The translations under genes were made by a program, and so were the position numbers. Positions 12,124 through 24,897 of a stretch of 64,000 nt of DNA are shown here, one piece after another. Numbering within the stretch: the first letter of the stretch is position 1; each line of letters starts with the position of its first letter. The stretch is from Octopus sinensis (lineage: Eukaryota), in NCBI RefSeq assembly GCF_006345805.1, contig NC_043003.1, positions 19,158,001 to 19,222,000 of the forward strand. The letters run 5' to 3'. A model generated the notes under the pieces. It saw only the letters and a program-made list of their open reading frames with translations. It was not told the origin of the DNA and did not search any database.

Positions 12124-15100
12124 CATAATAATAATAATAATAATTGTGTACAGTGCTCAGGTGCACTACAACTCATCTAAAGTGTATATATAATCAGGTG
12201 TAGTTTCGGCGGATTTCGGAAAGCATGAGGGCCTTAAAGGATGCAGTGTCATGGCAGTCAACAACTGACGCAGGCAGTTTATTCCATGCTTCAGCAACTC
12301 TGAGCGTGAAAAAATGTTTCCGAAAGTCATGGGAGCTGTGTTGTTTTCTGACTTTGTAGGCATGTCCACGTGTGTTAGACACATGGAGATCAAAAAGGTG
12401 TTCAGTGTTGTTGTTGGTGAGGCGGTTGATAACCTTGTGGGTGTTTACCAAGTCCGTCGCCAGACGCCGGAGCTTCAGTGAATCCATGCCCAGGGAAACA
12501 AGGTGCTCAGAATATGGTAGGTGTCTGATTGAGGGTATGCGTTTGGTTGCACGTCTCTGGACAGATTCCAGGAGGTCAATGTTCTGAGCAAGATAGGGAT
12601 TCCAAACTGATGATGCGAATTCCAAGTGTGGTCGTACCATAGCTGTATACAGTTTTAAATAGATGGCTGGAGAGCGGCTAACAAAAGTCTTGCTGAGTGA
12701 TGCCAAGACACCCTCGGCCTTCTTGACAATTTTAGAGATATGCTTTGTCCAACGCAAATCACTGCTGACAGTGATGCCTAGGTCACGCTCGCAAGAGGAT
12801 TTCTTGATATCAGTGTTGTGGAGGGAGTATGTGGACGCAGGGTTTTTTCTCCCAAAATGCATGGTGGTACACTTGTCCACAGCCAGTTTCAGTTGCCAGT
12901 CTGTGATCCATTGCTGCATTGTGTCTAGGTCTGATTGGAGGAAAGAGTTGTAGACATCAGGATCAGTCCTCTTGATTTCAAGGTACAGCTTGATGTCGTC
13001 TGCATATTTCAATACTGTGGCATTCTTTAAATTGGCATCTATGTCATTAATGTATGCCACAAACAGGAGGGGACCAAGGACAGATCCCTGTGGTACACCC
13101 GATGACATCTCATATGGTGTAGAGTGCTGTCCTAGAACTGTGACTACCTCCTTTCGGCTGAGGATGAAGGATTTCAACCAGTTAAAAAGGTCATCCCCCA
13201 CACCCATTGCAGAGAGTTTCACCATAAGCCTTTTGTGTGGCACAGAGTTGAAAGCCTTAGCAAAGTCAAGGTAGACAACATCCACCCATGAGCCACTGTC
13301 AGTGATCTGAGTAATGTCCTCAAGGAACTCGACAAGCTGGTCACTGCAGCTGGAGTTAGGGACAAATCCATATTGTGAGGGTCGGATGAGACTGTGAGAG
13401 CTCCAGAAGTTCCAGAGTGTTTCTCTGACACACGATTCCATCAGTTTTGCAATACAGCTAGTGAGACTGACTGGGCGATAGTTGACAGGTGATGTGCGGT
13501 CACCCTTTTTGAACAGAGGAATGACACTGGCAGTTTTCCACTGCTCCGGAGTAGCACCATTGTTGAGACAGTACTGGAAGAAAATAGAAAGCTGGTGTAA
13601 AGGAAGTGCCTGCCACGTTTGAGAAGCAGGTATGTAACTCTATCGAGACCAGGGGAGGCATAGTTGCGCTTATTTTGAAGGTGACGTCGCAGCATTGCAG
13701 GTGTAAATTCCATAGTTGTTATGGAGTTTGCTGTTAGTGATGGTGAAGATGGTACATTTTGACTTTCAACAGTGAATATGTTTGCATAGCACTCGGCAAT
13801 GAGTTCTGCGCATTCCTTGGGATCGTCAGTGATCTGGTTTGTGTGAGGGTTGCGAAGAGGGCCCACTGGAGAGTGAGGTCTCTGCTTTGAATGCACATAT
13901 TTCCAGAAAACCTTGCTGTCAGGATTGGCTGCTATGCACTGTTCAAATTCAAGCACTGCATTTTTTGTCACTTGCTTGAGATGGTTGGAGGATTTATTCC
14001 GCTTCTTCCTGTTGGTGTCTGATTTATGCAACTTGTATTCCTGTTCAGCAGTCCGACGTTCCTTCCTGGCAAGTCGGACCGCTGAAGTTTCCCAAATTGC
14101 CCTTTTGGGGCGGTTCTTCTTTTTTTGTTTACGTGGCACTGATGCTGCACATGCTGCCCATATTGAGTCCAGGATACTCTGGAGTATAGTATTCACATCT
14201 CCAGAGTTGTAGAATTCACGCCAGTTTGGGTGCTGTAGTTCAGTGTGGTACAGGTTCCAATCTGCTCTCTTCCAATCGAAGGAAGCAGATGGAGATGGTT
14301 CAGGTGTTTGTTGCCCGCAAGAGCCAGATTGGCGATGATCATAGCATGATCAGAGTCACCTAGAGGTTCCTCCGTAGTGCAATTGATAACCGCTTCAGGA
14401 GTTGTGGTGAAGAGCAGGTCCAAGGTGTTGTCGCCTCTTGTTGGAGAGGTGACTACTTGTGACCAATTTGAGTCCAGCACAAGCTCAACAAAATCGTTTG
14501 CACTCTGTGGCCAATGGAAGGTTTCCCAATCGATCTCAGGATGATTGAAATCGCCTGCAATAAACACATAAGTGGCTGTTTTCCTGGCAGCAGCTCGGAG
14601 GATGTTGCAAAGCTGTGTGTCCTGATGGTAATTTGGGGGACGATAAACAACGCCAAGCAGGAGTGTTGACATGGTCATACATACGTCACAGAAAAAAACT
14701 TCTTCTTGTGATTCGTTCAAATCGGCACAAGGAATTACCAAAAAATTTGAACGAACGTAGACCATCACACCACCACCATGGCGGTTAGTGCGGTCCTTAC
14801 GGAAGAGGTTGTACCCCGTAATGTTGAAAACCCCATCACAGAGTAAGGAATGCGCCCATGTTTCCGTGACAGTGATGAAGTCAGGGTCAATACTTCTGAC
14901 GTAGGCGTTGAACAAATGTATTTTGTTGCATAAACTGCGAGCATTTAAGGACAATTTGTACCCTGCTCGCAGTTTATGATGGTGTGCAGAGGATGGCAGG
15001 TTGTCCTGGCTTAGTTTCCCTGAGTTGCTGTAGTCTTTTTAGTTATTGTGGGTAGAGAGCACTCAGACCAGCTAGTATCTCTCTTCCATGTTTCATCAGT

Positions 15101-15159
15101 CAGTTATTGTGGGTAGAGAGCACTCAGACCAGCTAGTATCTCTCTTCCATGTTTCATCA
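12124..15159 (-). mobile_element. CR1/L2-clade LINE: ORF1 end plus near-complete ORF2 (APE endonuclease and RT), frameshifted
   Basis: Endonuclease motifs SLNARSL, TETW, GGGV, VYRPP, GDFNHP, NTLDL and SDH. RT motifs QYGF, YLDFAKAF, GVPQGSVLGPLLF, YADD and DLGI. (ATT)n tail at about 12126-12146. The frame breaks near 14200 and near 13440-13600. Confidence 0.95.
15041..15159. repeat. Perfect 58-bp tandem duplication (15041-15098 / 15102-15159) at the LINE 5' junction
   Basis: agttattgtgggtagagagcactcagaccagctagtatctctcttccatgtttcatca occurs twice, separated by gtc. Confidence 0.95.
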
Positions 15160-15276
15160 TATATGAATTTTCTGCGTTTCAATTTTTCTCTATTTTCCAC
15201 TCATTCTCAAAGCTGATGGACATATAGCAGTATGTAAAACCAAATCAGAAAATATCTCATAAGACTTTTTATTGAT

Positions 15277-15316
15277 GTACCTGAAGAGACCCAGAATGGG
15301 TCGGAACATGTGGTAC
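15277..15316 (+). ncRNA. Decayed minimal hammerhead ribozyme motif
   Basis: GUAC-CUGAAGA-GACCC(AGAAU)GGGUC-GGAAC-AU-GUG-GUAC, with GAAA changed to GGAA and GUH to GUG. Stem I extends through ttttattg/caataaaa. Confidence 0.6.
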
Positions 15317-15641
15317 CCAATAAAATATTTTACTCATTCCATCTATTTTGTTAATAATGTTACCTCAACTGCCACTACAAATTTCCTGCAATAAATCTAC
15401 AGGTAACAACAGGTATTCGATACTGTGCTGGTGCTTTACTCACCATCTGTTTATACATTTTGTATAATTTCTCCATTATATATATATATATATATATATG
15501 TATCGAACAGACTTATTTCAGTTTCCATCAACCAAATCCACTGACATGGCTTTGGTCAACCCAAGGTTATAGTAGAAAACACTTGCCCAAGGTGTCACAC
15601 AATGGAACTGAACCCAGAACCATGTGGTGGAGAAGCTTCTT

Positions 15642-15940
15642 AGCAACTGCTTGGGCTTCAGGGGACCACAGCTCTTCAAAATCCTTCCTAAATACCTGAG
15701 AGACCTGCATGGTGTGGATGTGGGTTTCTTTAAAACTAAACTGGATCTCTTCTTGTCAGGGGTTCCAGATGAACCTACCTCTCAGCAGGAAACACAGATG
15801 CAGGCAGCAGCATCGAACTCCCTTGTTAACCAAGTGCCACGTATCAGAGGTAGTTTCACATACTAGTGTAGCACATTCAACGGTGGTGCCCCAGCATGGC
15901 CGCAGCTTTGGGCTGAAACATTTTAAAGGATTTAAGGATT
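15642..15940 (+). mobile_element. 3' end of a second CR1/L2-type LINE
   Basis: CLGFRGPQLFKILPKYLRDL...FFKTKLDLFLSGVPDEP is a typical ORF2 C-terminus, followed by the tail ggtggtgccccagcatggccgcag...ctgaaaca. Confidence 0.8.
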
Positions 15941-18044
15941 AAAAAAAATATATAATAAAAAGAATAAAAGAATTAGGTTGGCAACTAAGTTCCCACCGTT
16001 TTTTAAAATTAAAATATTTTAAAAGGTTCAATAAAAAATAACAACTAATTAATAAAAGGGTGATAATATAGTTCTAAATGTTTTTATGAATAAAGGTCTA
16101 TAAGGGGACTTTTAATATATTTCATCAGCATCATTGAGGTAAGAAAAAAACTATCAATGACACTGCAAAGTTGCAATTAGTTCAAGTACATCATCTGTAT
16201 TAATTAATGCAATTATATCATGTAAACACAGCCTTGTAATACCTGAGATGAGAAACAGAACCGTAGTAGTTTATATTGACAGGAATTTCTCAGTTTTTAA
16301 GACTTCTCAAAGAATCACTCAACTATGGTAGCAGTTGAAGAATATCCTTAAGGCTGCAATTTACTCACACACAGCATGTTTCAGAGCTTTGTCACTAATT
16401 CAGTTCTTAACCAAATTGAAAACTGTTAGCATTTTTGAAGAGGACTGGTCCCTGTAAGTAACTCCTCCAATCAAGTTTAGATCTAAATAACTTTTTTATT
16501 TTAAAAGCAAAATATATCTATTTTAGCTTAAATGATAGAAGAAAGCATGAGGAATTTCATACTTTCAGTCCCATGCAACAAAAATTTGTATCAAAAAAGT
16601 TGTGAGGTAAAATATCATGAAAAAAATATGTAAGTAAGGCAAAAAATTGGATGTAAGCATGATTAACTTTTTTATTTTAAAAACAAACTATATTTTAATT
16701 AATCTTAAATGATAGAGCTAAAATTGAGGAATTAACTTATTTTTATTGTTTTAGATTAAAACTTTTTTTATTGTAATTCGATAATAATAATAATAATTCA
16801 ATCACAAAAATGGAAAAAATTAAAATATTATTTAGAAATTTATTAAATTTATTATTTAATTTTCAATAAGGTAAAATTTTAAATTACTAATAGACACATT
16901 ACTAATTAGCATAATTAACCTGGAAAAAACATGGATTACATGGAACCAAATTTTTGCGTTATTCTATTTATTGTACTAACTAATTATGTACTAATATTAT
17001 TTTTTATAATCTATTTTCAAATTTCTGATTATTAAATTAATAATTAAAAAAATGAATTGTTTTAAAGAGCAAAAAATATTTTGAGTTATTTTAAATTTTT
17101 AATAGAAGTAACAAGTAATAACAAATAGAAGTAATAACTTGTAATAACATTTTTAGTTTTAATAAAAGCTAATATTTTCTAAATCTAAATATTTTATTTG
17201 AAGTTTTATCATTAACTGCAATATCTTAAGTAAAAATTTTCTTGTTCTGTACATAACCAGACTTGTACTGTACTTTTCCAGGTTTATAATCTTAAGATAT
17301 TATTTCCCTTGCTCACATTTTTCCATGTAATAAATACATATATATAGATAGATAGATAGATATACCTTTGAGTAACCATCTAGCATCATGTAGTTAGAAA
17401 ATATTTATAATATTTCCATTCTACAAACTACACAGTCCAAGTAAAATCAAGAGAAAAATCAGAGAAAAAAGAACTTAATAAATTCCAGCCCAAGCTAAAT
17501 AAACAATAACAACAACAACAATAATAATACTTATAAGTACTGCTTCTACTGCTCCAACCCCTACCACTAAAAATACTAAAGGTTCTCATGATGATGATAG
17601 CTAAGTCAAGAGAAAAGTCAGTAAAAATAATCTTATTTAGGGTTTAAAGTTCTATTACCACAGCTGCTGCCGCCGCCGCCATCGCCACCAACAACAACAA
17701 TAATAATAAAGGTGATGATAATGGTGGTGACGATAATTGAAATGTAAAAATGTCCTGGCAAATGTTGTTTACAATATTTCTAAAAACAGCCAAACAATTA
17801 CTACTTTGGCCAGGGTCAAAATACATGTTCAACAAACCTTGACACCTGAACCAACACTAATGAATTTAAGTAATTTAAGAAAGCCACATGCTGATTTGTC
17901 AGAATACGGTTTTCAAAACTTAACAATCTGGACCTGTCAAAGGAAGGCTAATTGGGAAGATAGTTTTTGTCCGTGACAGATGTTCAAGAGCAATAAACAC
18001 AGAAAATGTGCAGAGAACAACTTCTGCCGCATTCTAGGGAGAAA

Positions 18045-18472
18045 AACTAGAAGTAGTTGATAGCTTCCATTACTAAGTCAGTAGCGGGGGATGGTGCGCT
18101 GAAAGTGTAACTGTTAGAATAAGAATAGCCTGGGCAAAGATCAGAGACCTCTTACCTCTGCTGGCGACAAAGGGCTTCTCGCTCAAAGTAAAAGGTAGAC
18201 TGTATGACACATGTGTATGAACAGCCATGCTACATGGCAGTGAAACATGGGCCATGACTGCTCAGGACATGCGTAAGCTCACAAGGAATGAAACCAGTAT
18301 GCTCTGATGGATGTGTAATATCAGTGTGCATACTCAACAGCATGTTAGTTCCTTGAGAGAAATGTTGTTCCTTCAACCGCTACAGTGTGGCACTTTTTCA
18401 CACAGCTATCCACATCCATTCTTTCCACATGGGCATACCAGTGCAGTCGTCTCTCTTGCACACCACATCTGA
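18045..18472 (+). mobile_element. RTE-clade LINE 3' fragment with its distal part (18368-18472) inverted
   Basis: The plus strand reads RIRIAWAK.RDLLPLLATKGFSLKVKGRLY...GSETW...SSLREML. The minus strand of 18368-18472 reads IRCGVQERRLHWYAHVERMDVDSCVKKCH..VEG, the expected continuation. Confidence 0.85.
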
Positions 18473-19108
18473 TGTCATGTAATGTTATGGGTTGGCCCTG
18501 CCCCTCAGGCTAATCTGACATGTCATGTAATGTTATGGTTTGCGTCTACCCCTCTGGCTAATCTAACATGTCATGTAATGTTATGGATTGGGTCTGCCCC
18601 TCTGGCTAATCTGAGATGTCATGTAATGTTATGGGTTGGCCCTGCCCCTCTGGCTAATCTGACATGTAATGTTATGGGTTGGCCCTGCCCCTCTGGCTAA
18701 TCTGACATGTAATGTTATGGATTGGCCCTGCCCCTCTGGCTAATCTGACAAGTCATGTAATGTTATGGATTGGGTCTGCCCCTCTGGCTAATCTGACATG
18801 TCATGTAATGTTATGGGTTGGCCCAGCCCCTCTGGTGAATCTGACATGTCATGTAATGTTATGGGTTGGCTCTGCCCCTCTGGTGAATCTCTGATATGTC
18901 ATGTAATGTTATGGATTGTGTCTGCCCCACTGGCTAATCTGACGTCATAATGTTATGGGTTGGGTCTGCCCCTGTGGCTAATCTGACATGTCATGTAATG
19001 TTATGGGCTGGCTCTGCCCCTCTGGCTAATCTGACATGTCATGTAATGTTATAGGTTGGGTCTGCCCCTCTGGCGAATCTGATGTAATGTTATGGATTGG
19101 CCCTGCCC
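18472..19108. repeat. 48-bp minisatellite, about 14 units (some 43-47-bp variants)
   Basis: Unit tgtcatgtaatgttatgggttggccctgcccctctggctaatctgaca, with ggattgggtct variants interspersed. Confidence 0.95.
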
Positions 19109-19109
19109 C

Positions 19110-20060
19110 GGCAATTCTCCCCCTCCCCCCACATGTCGTGTCTTTTTGGCATTGAACTGATGAGTTTGTGGAATTTCTGCCCACTTTTCATACAACAATG
19201 AAAAGAATTCACCTTTAGCTTTAGGTTTCTGTCGAGTTTTTCATATAGCTCTATCTCATATACTCCAAAGATTTTCAATTGGGTTCATGTCAAAAGATTG
19301 GCTGGGCCAAGTAAGCTTTTTCATCCCATTTTCAGTCACCCATTGTTGATTACTTTTCGCTGTATGGCATGGAGCCCCATCTTCCATGAATAAAAACTCA
19401 TTTTTTGTTATGTTATGTGAATACATTGGAAGTAGTCCTTGCCTAAGTATTTTGATGTATTTTTCAGAGTTTATGGTTCCAATGCATTCAATCAGCTCAG
19501 AATGACCATTGCTGGTGACAGCTCCCAATACCATTACAGAGATACCACCATGTTTCACAGTTGGTTGGAGTCGTTTCAAATCAAATTCTTGATTGGGAAG
19601 CCTCCAGACCCAAACGCATCTACTGTCTGAAAATAATGCAAATCTGAGTTCATCTGAGAAAATCACTCTATCCTAAAATGAACTGGATTTTTCTGGCATC
19701 TCCTCATTTCTTTCTTTTCATGATATTAATTGGTTGAAGGAGAGGTATTCTTCTAGTGACTCTTCCATAATATCCAAGCTTACGCAGATATGTAACACAC
19801 GTTCTTGGACTAATTTCTAGCTGTTTTGCAATATCAGAACCTTTGAACGGGGTTCATTTTCCACAATTCTCTTCAAACAGCGAAGCTTCCTTTCCAAAGG
19901 CCCAGGTCAGCCAGGACGAGAATCTGTTGATTCTTTCTTTGGCTTTTGAATTGCCCTATAATTTTATTTACAGTAGCAAAAGGAATTTGAAGATTTTCGG
20001 CAATTTTTCACTGGCAAAGACCAGCCTCAGATTGCCCAACAACATATTTTACTCTTTTCT
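19110..20060 (-). pseudogene. Decayed Tc1-family transposase (DD34E)
   Basis: IFSDE...PTVKHGGISVM...FMEDGAPCH...WPSQSFDMNPIENLW, with 34 residues between the second D and the E. Upstream HTH remnants (IAENLQIPFATV; IAKQLEISPRT) carry stops and frameshifts. Confidence 0.9.
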
Positions 20061-20208
20061 TCCAATATATAAGGAAAAATTTAATTCCCAAGCAACACCA
20101 GGTGCCTCTACTAGTATATATATATCATCATCATCGTTTAACGTCCGCTTTCCATGCTAGCATGGGTTGGAAGATTTGACTAAGGACTGGCGAACCAGAT
20201 GGCTATAT

Positions 20209-20574
20209 ACTCTTTTACTTGTTTCAGTCATTTGACTGCGGCCATGCTGGAGCACCACCTTTAGTCGAGCAAATCGACCCGGAGACTTATTCTTTGTAAG
20301 CCCAGTACTTATTCTATCGGTCTCTTTTGCCGAACCGCTAAGTGACGGGGACGTACACACACCAGCATCGGTTGTCAAGCAATGCTAGGGGGACAAACAC
20401 AGACACACACACATACATACATACGACAGGCTTCTTTCAGTTTCCGTCAACCAAATCCACTCACAAGGCATTGGTCGGCCCGAGGCTATAGCAGAAGACA
20501 CTTGCCCAAGATGCCACGCAGTGGGACTGAACCCGGAACCATGTGGTTGGTAAGCAAGCTACTCCTGCGCCTAC
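20209..20574 (-). mobile_element. Near full-length SINE family A
   Basis: Highly similar to copies at 40965-41415 (+), 42820-43085 (-), 46575-46850 (-) and 6662-6975 (+). Has a tRNA-like head and a ctgaaacaagtaaaagag tail. Confidence 0.85.
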
Positions 20575-23500
20575 ATATATATATATATACACACACATAT
20601 ATAAATAGAGTATGTGGCCCAGGAGCCAGCAGCAGCAAAACGTTTGTGGATCACTGCATATCAATATCTCTGTTTAACATGTTATGCTCTTTTTTCCTTA
20701 GTCACAGTTCTTACAACAATTACTACTGTATTTTCATGGTTGATTAAAAACCAATGCTTTTTATTTATTTTACAACTGGTTGCTTTTCCTGCTGCTAGTC
20801 ATTCAACCATGTATTCAGTCAGCCAGTTGGAGCAAGTAGATTTAAATAACTGATAATAGTAAAGTTTCAACTTATGAACACCAAGGTTAGCAGTTTTGTT
20901 AAATCTAGGTTAACATGCTTAACAAAATAAACTGGAAAATTTCCTTTTATCAATAGAAAATTATACCCATAAATTACATAGAACTATGCCAAAAGGAGTA
21001 AACCTGATTATTAGCATAAGAGTTTTTGTGATAACTCTGAATATGTTTTGATTTTATTAATCCTTTTCATCCAAGTCTTTGGCTGGATGCAAGGCTGTTG
21101 ATCTCAGTGGAAATCTAAACTCATGGAGCCACTCAAATAATTGTGCCAGAGTTAAATAATAATGATATGTTATGTAAATTGCTATTGAGTAAAAGAATCA
21201 ATTGAGTGATTTACAATTATCTCTCCTTGTTACTAGAATTGGCTTGCATGCAATTCTAGGAAATTAACAGAGGTGAAGTACTCAGAGGTGTCATCTGCAT
21301 AGAATTAACAATAGTCAAGTTAGAGATAACATAATACAGAAAGATACAAAAATCTAATAAGAAGTCTGCAATTACTGAGAGATGCTTTCTGCACAAAAAA
21401 AAAAAAAAAGTAGCCGAATTGTATGTACTTCCTGAAGGGAATAACTCTTTTGATAATAACCCGCCTGAAATCATCTCTGATGAGCCCAGTTAGCCAAAGC
21501 AAGCCAGTCTGGCCAGCAGGTGCAAGTCAGGGCTGGCAGTGAGACCCATCCAGTTTGAGCAATCTAGTTCAGCCATCCTATGTAGCCCAATTCTGAAATC
21601 CAGGAATTTCAGCCGACCCAGACAGTAGAGCCCAGGTTACCCAGCCTAGTTAGACCTAACAGCCTAGGTAAGCAAGCCCTTCCATCCCAGGTAGCCCAAA
21701 TAAGTCAGCTCAGTCAACTCAAGTGCAGGCCAACCAACTTGCCAGCTCAGAAAGGTCATCTTGGCCACACCTGTCAAGTTAGCCTAGCTTGGCCATCCAG
21801 GTTGCTCAGCCCAACCAGAACAGCACAGGAAGGCCAACTCAACCAGTCCACATTCCTACCTTCCTTTTCAAACAGAAGAAAGAAAATCTTAAGCCTATAT
21901 CATTCACATCATTTTGAATTAATCATGTATTATATCTCATAGCTTCAAGATTTTGATGATGCAATCGCTTATTTTAAGAATAACATTGTAAGGTAGGTGT
22001 GAGAGGCCAAATCTGACCAGTTTGAATATAAAATAGAACATTTCAGCTGGATATGGCCGGTTTAAATACTAAAGGATTAATAAACTTATCAAGATTTGCT
22101 GGTAACAACAAATTTTCAAGATGTTTGTTGCTTCATTTGAAATATAGATTTTTCCTGAAATATTATAGGTTTATTAAACAACCTTTCTTTCTAAGATAAT
22201 ACAATAACTTTGTTTTCAATCATTGGCATCAGCTTATGTGCTTACATTAACTCCTCACCTGCATCGTTCAAAAGATTTTATTATCATTTCATTATTTAAA
22301 AAAATATCTGAATTACCTCAAATGGAAAATTTTAGAAACATTTTGCTAAAAATTAAACATACAGGCAACTTTTATTTGAAGAAATATGCAAATAAAAGAA
22401 ACAGGTCAAGAAAGAAAATAGAACATTTTGTTTTTATTAACAAGAAAATAATGAAATATATATATTTTTTTCAAAAACTGGTTCACAATAAGCACATTAG
22501 CATATAACAATACAAGTCATAGGGTAAACAAACAACAAAATGTATATACATGAACTTGGTTAAATATTATCATATTCAGTTGCGTATTCTTGTTTTCCAT
22601 AAACAACAAAACACCAAATGCAAAGTCACTGATATATTTATGAATGCTTATAAATATTTAGTTTATATTTACAAAGTGTAGATTCAATTCTTATGTAATG
22701 GTTTAAATTATTTTTAGTGTGAAGAGATAATTTTAAACATCCTGGCTTGCTAAAAAAGAAGGGAACAATGTGAGTGTGTAGGAGGTGTCCCAACTGAGAA
22801 GATGTCTGCCCTAACTAGCATTTTAGCTTGGTGTTAAAACACAATGAATGTATATAATCCCTCAACTGAATTCCATCTGCAAATAAAATGTTATGTTCCT
22901 TGATCTAGCTCAAATTTAATAGTTAGTGTAAGCATGTTTTTTTTTTTTTACAATTGAGTGTTTGGAAGACTAAATCCTGCTATTGTTATTTTCAAAACTG
23001 GTACAATTACCTATATCATGATAATTGCAAAGACTATATATTTTAAATGTTCTCTTAAAAGACAGAGTAGGAGGAGGGGAGAAACAACAATTTGCTAGCC
23101 TTTTACAAAAAAAAAAAAAAAAAAAAAAAAGCTAAATGTGTAATATCTTTAAGTAGATACCACATGTGGCAACTGTCAACCATAAAAAATCAGAAACAGT
23201 GTTAAACGGTTGAACATTTTATTTGCAGAGCTGCACAACTGGAATGTAGAGAGGGATGGGCTCTGCAAGGTTATTTGTCTTTAACATTTAATGAAGATGG
23301 AGTTTTCATGTGGTGCTTCTATGACTCACTGGGTTACGAAACTTGGGTATTATTTTTTTTTATATTAATCATTGTATATTAACTAAATCTTATTCAGCAT
23401 TTCATTATATAAGTTACTTTTTAAGTTTTACATTCACAAATTGCAGTTTTATCAAGTTCTTCCAAGGTGGTGGTGGGGGGGGGGGGGGAGAAAAAGTGAA

Positions 23501-23828
23501 AATTAAAACTACTGCTACAAACGATTTCAAATAAATTTCAGATGGAAACAACAGAACAAAATTAATTATCAAAATTGTCAAAATTTAATTAAGAATTAAA
23601 AAAAAAAAAAAAAAAAAAGGAAGTTAACAACAAAGGTATTCTGCAACAATGATGAACAGAACAGTACAATGGTGAATGAAAGTATGGATGACAAGAAAAA
23701 TAAAAGCTGCTTAAGATATCACATGAATATTTATCTTTCTTCTTGCTGTACATTGTTTCAGTTCACACATGTATGTTTAGATGCATGCAAGCAGATGAAT
23801 CCACACATGAACTCTCTATCTCTCTCTC

Positions 23829-23859
<31 letters not shown>

Positions 23860-24857
23860 AAATAAATATGTATATATACATATAACAATTTAGCTAGGTG
23901 TAAAAATCACCCAAGGGATATTAAATATCCGAAGAATTTACTGGTTTTTATTACCTATATCCATATAACAAATGTTATTCCAATAGGTAAATAAAAAACA
24001 ATAAACATACAGTTTATTAATATATAATATATATTAATATATAATATTAATATATGGCCACAGGTCGTGAGCTGACACTAGATAAAAAAAAAAGAAATGG
24101 AAAACAAAACAATAAATTGAACAATTTAAATATTTTATACAAACAAAAGCTTTAATTTATGAGATGTGTCATTTGTTTGTATAAAATACTTAAATTGAAT
24201 TATAATTGTTCAATCTTTGGTTTCCATTTCTTATTTATAATATGTATATGCACACACACACACACACACACATATAAATTATTTGTTATATGCAACAGAA
24301 GCAGTATTTGATTAAAAATGGTCATCTTTGTATCATACTTAAGGTAAATTACTGCAATATTCATCCAAAGAAAATAACTTCCACACAATTTCCATCCACT
24401 ACTGATACATTTATGCTTTTCAACACAACATGTCCATAAAAGAGATCATCTTTGAATGAATACCACAATTAATTTGCCTTTCCATGATGTATTTGCATTA
24501 AGATACACAGATGGATATATTTACATACATACACACACACACACATAATACACCCATCATTTGCAGCTGAGGGTCACTTGTTTGTATAAACAATGCATTG
24601 ACTATTTGCTATAAGTTCCAATGTAGTGACAAGCAGAGTTCGTTTCAGCACTCCTACCTTTGACACAGTATGAACACCAAAGATATGACAGCTAGAGGGA
24701 TAGAGGAGGGCTGCACCAGCACTGGGGTTGCTACTTTATCACTTCCAAAAGAATGAAAGAGAAAGCTGATGTTGGCAGGAACCCTGGGCAGAACAAATAT
24801 CACAACACATTCTAGCTGATGTTCTAACTAGTAATCAGTCTATTGTGTTATTGCATG

Positions 24858-24897
<40 letters not shown>

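Noticed and set aside
18482-18894. Repetitive peptide ORFs (MLWVGPAPLANLTCHV)n
   Set aside because: They are a by-product of a 48-bp unit divisible by 3. The 43-bp variants break the frame.
18472-19108. CRISPR-like regular repeats
   Set aside because: The units are head-to-tail with no unique spacers, and the context is eukaryotic.
23465-23490. G-run as a possible G-quadruplex
   Set aside because: It is a simple homopolymer or microsatellite with no supporting context.
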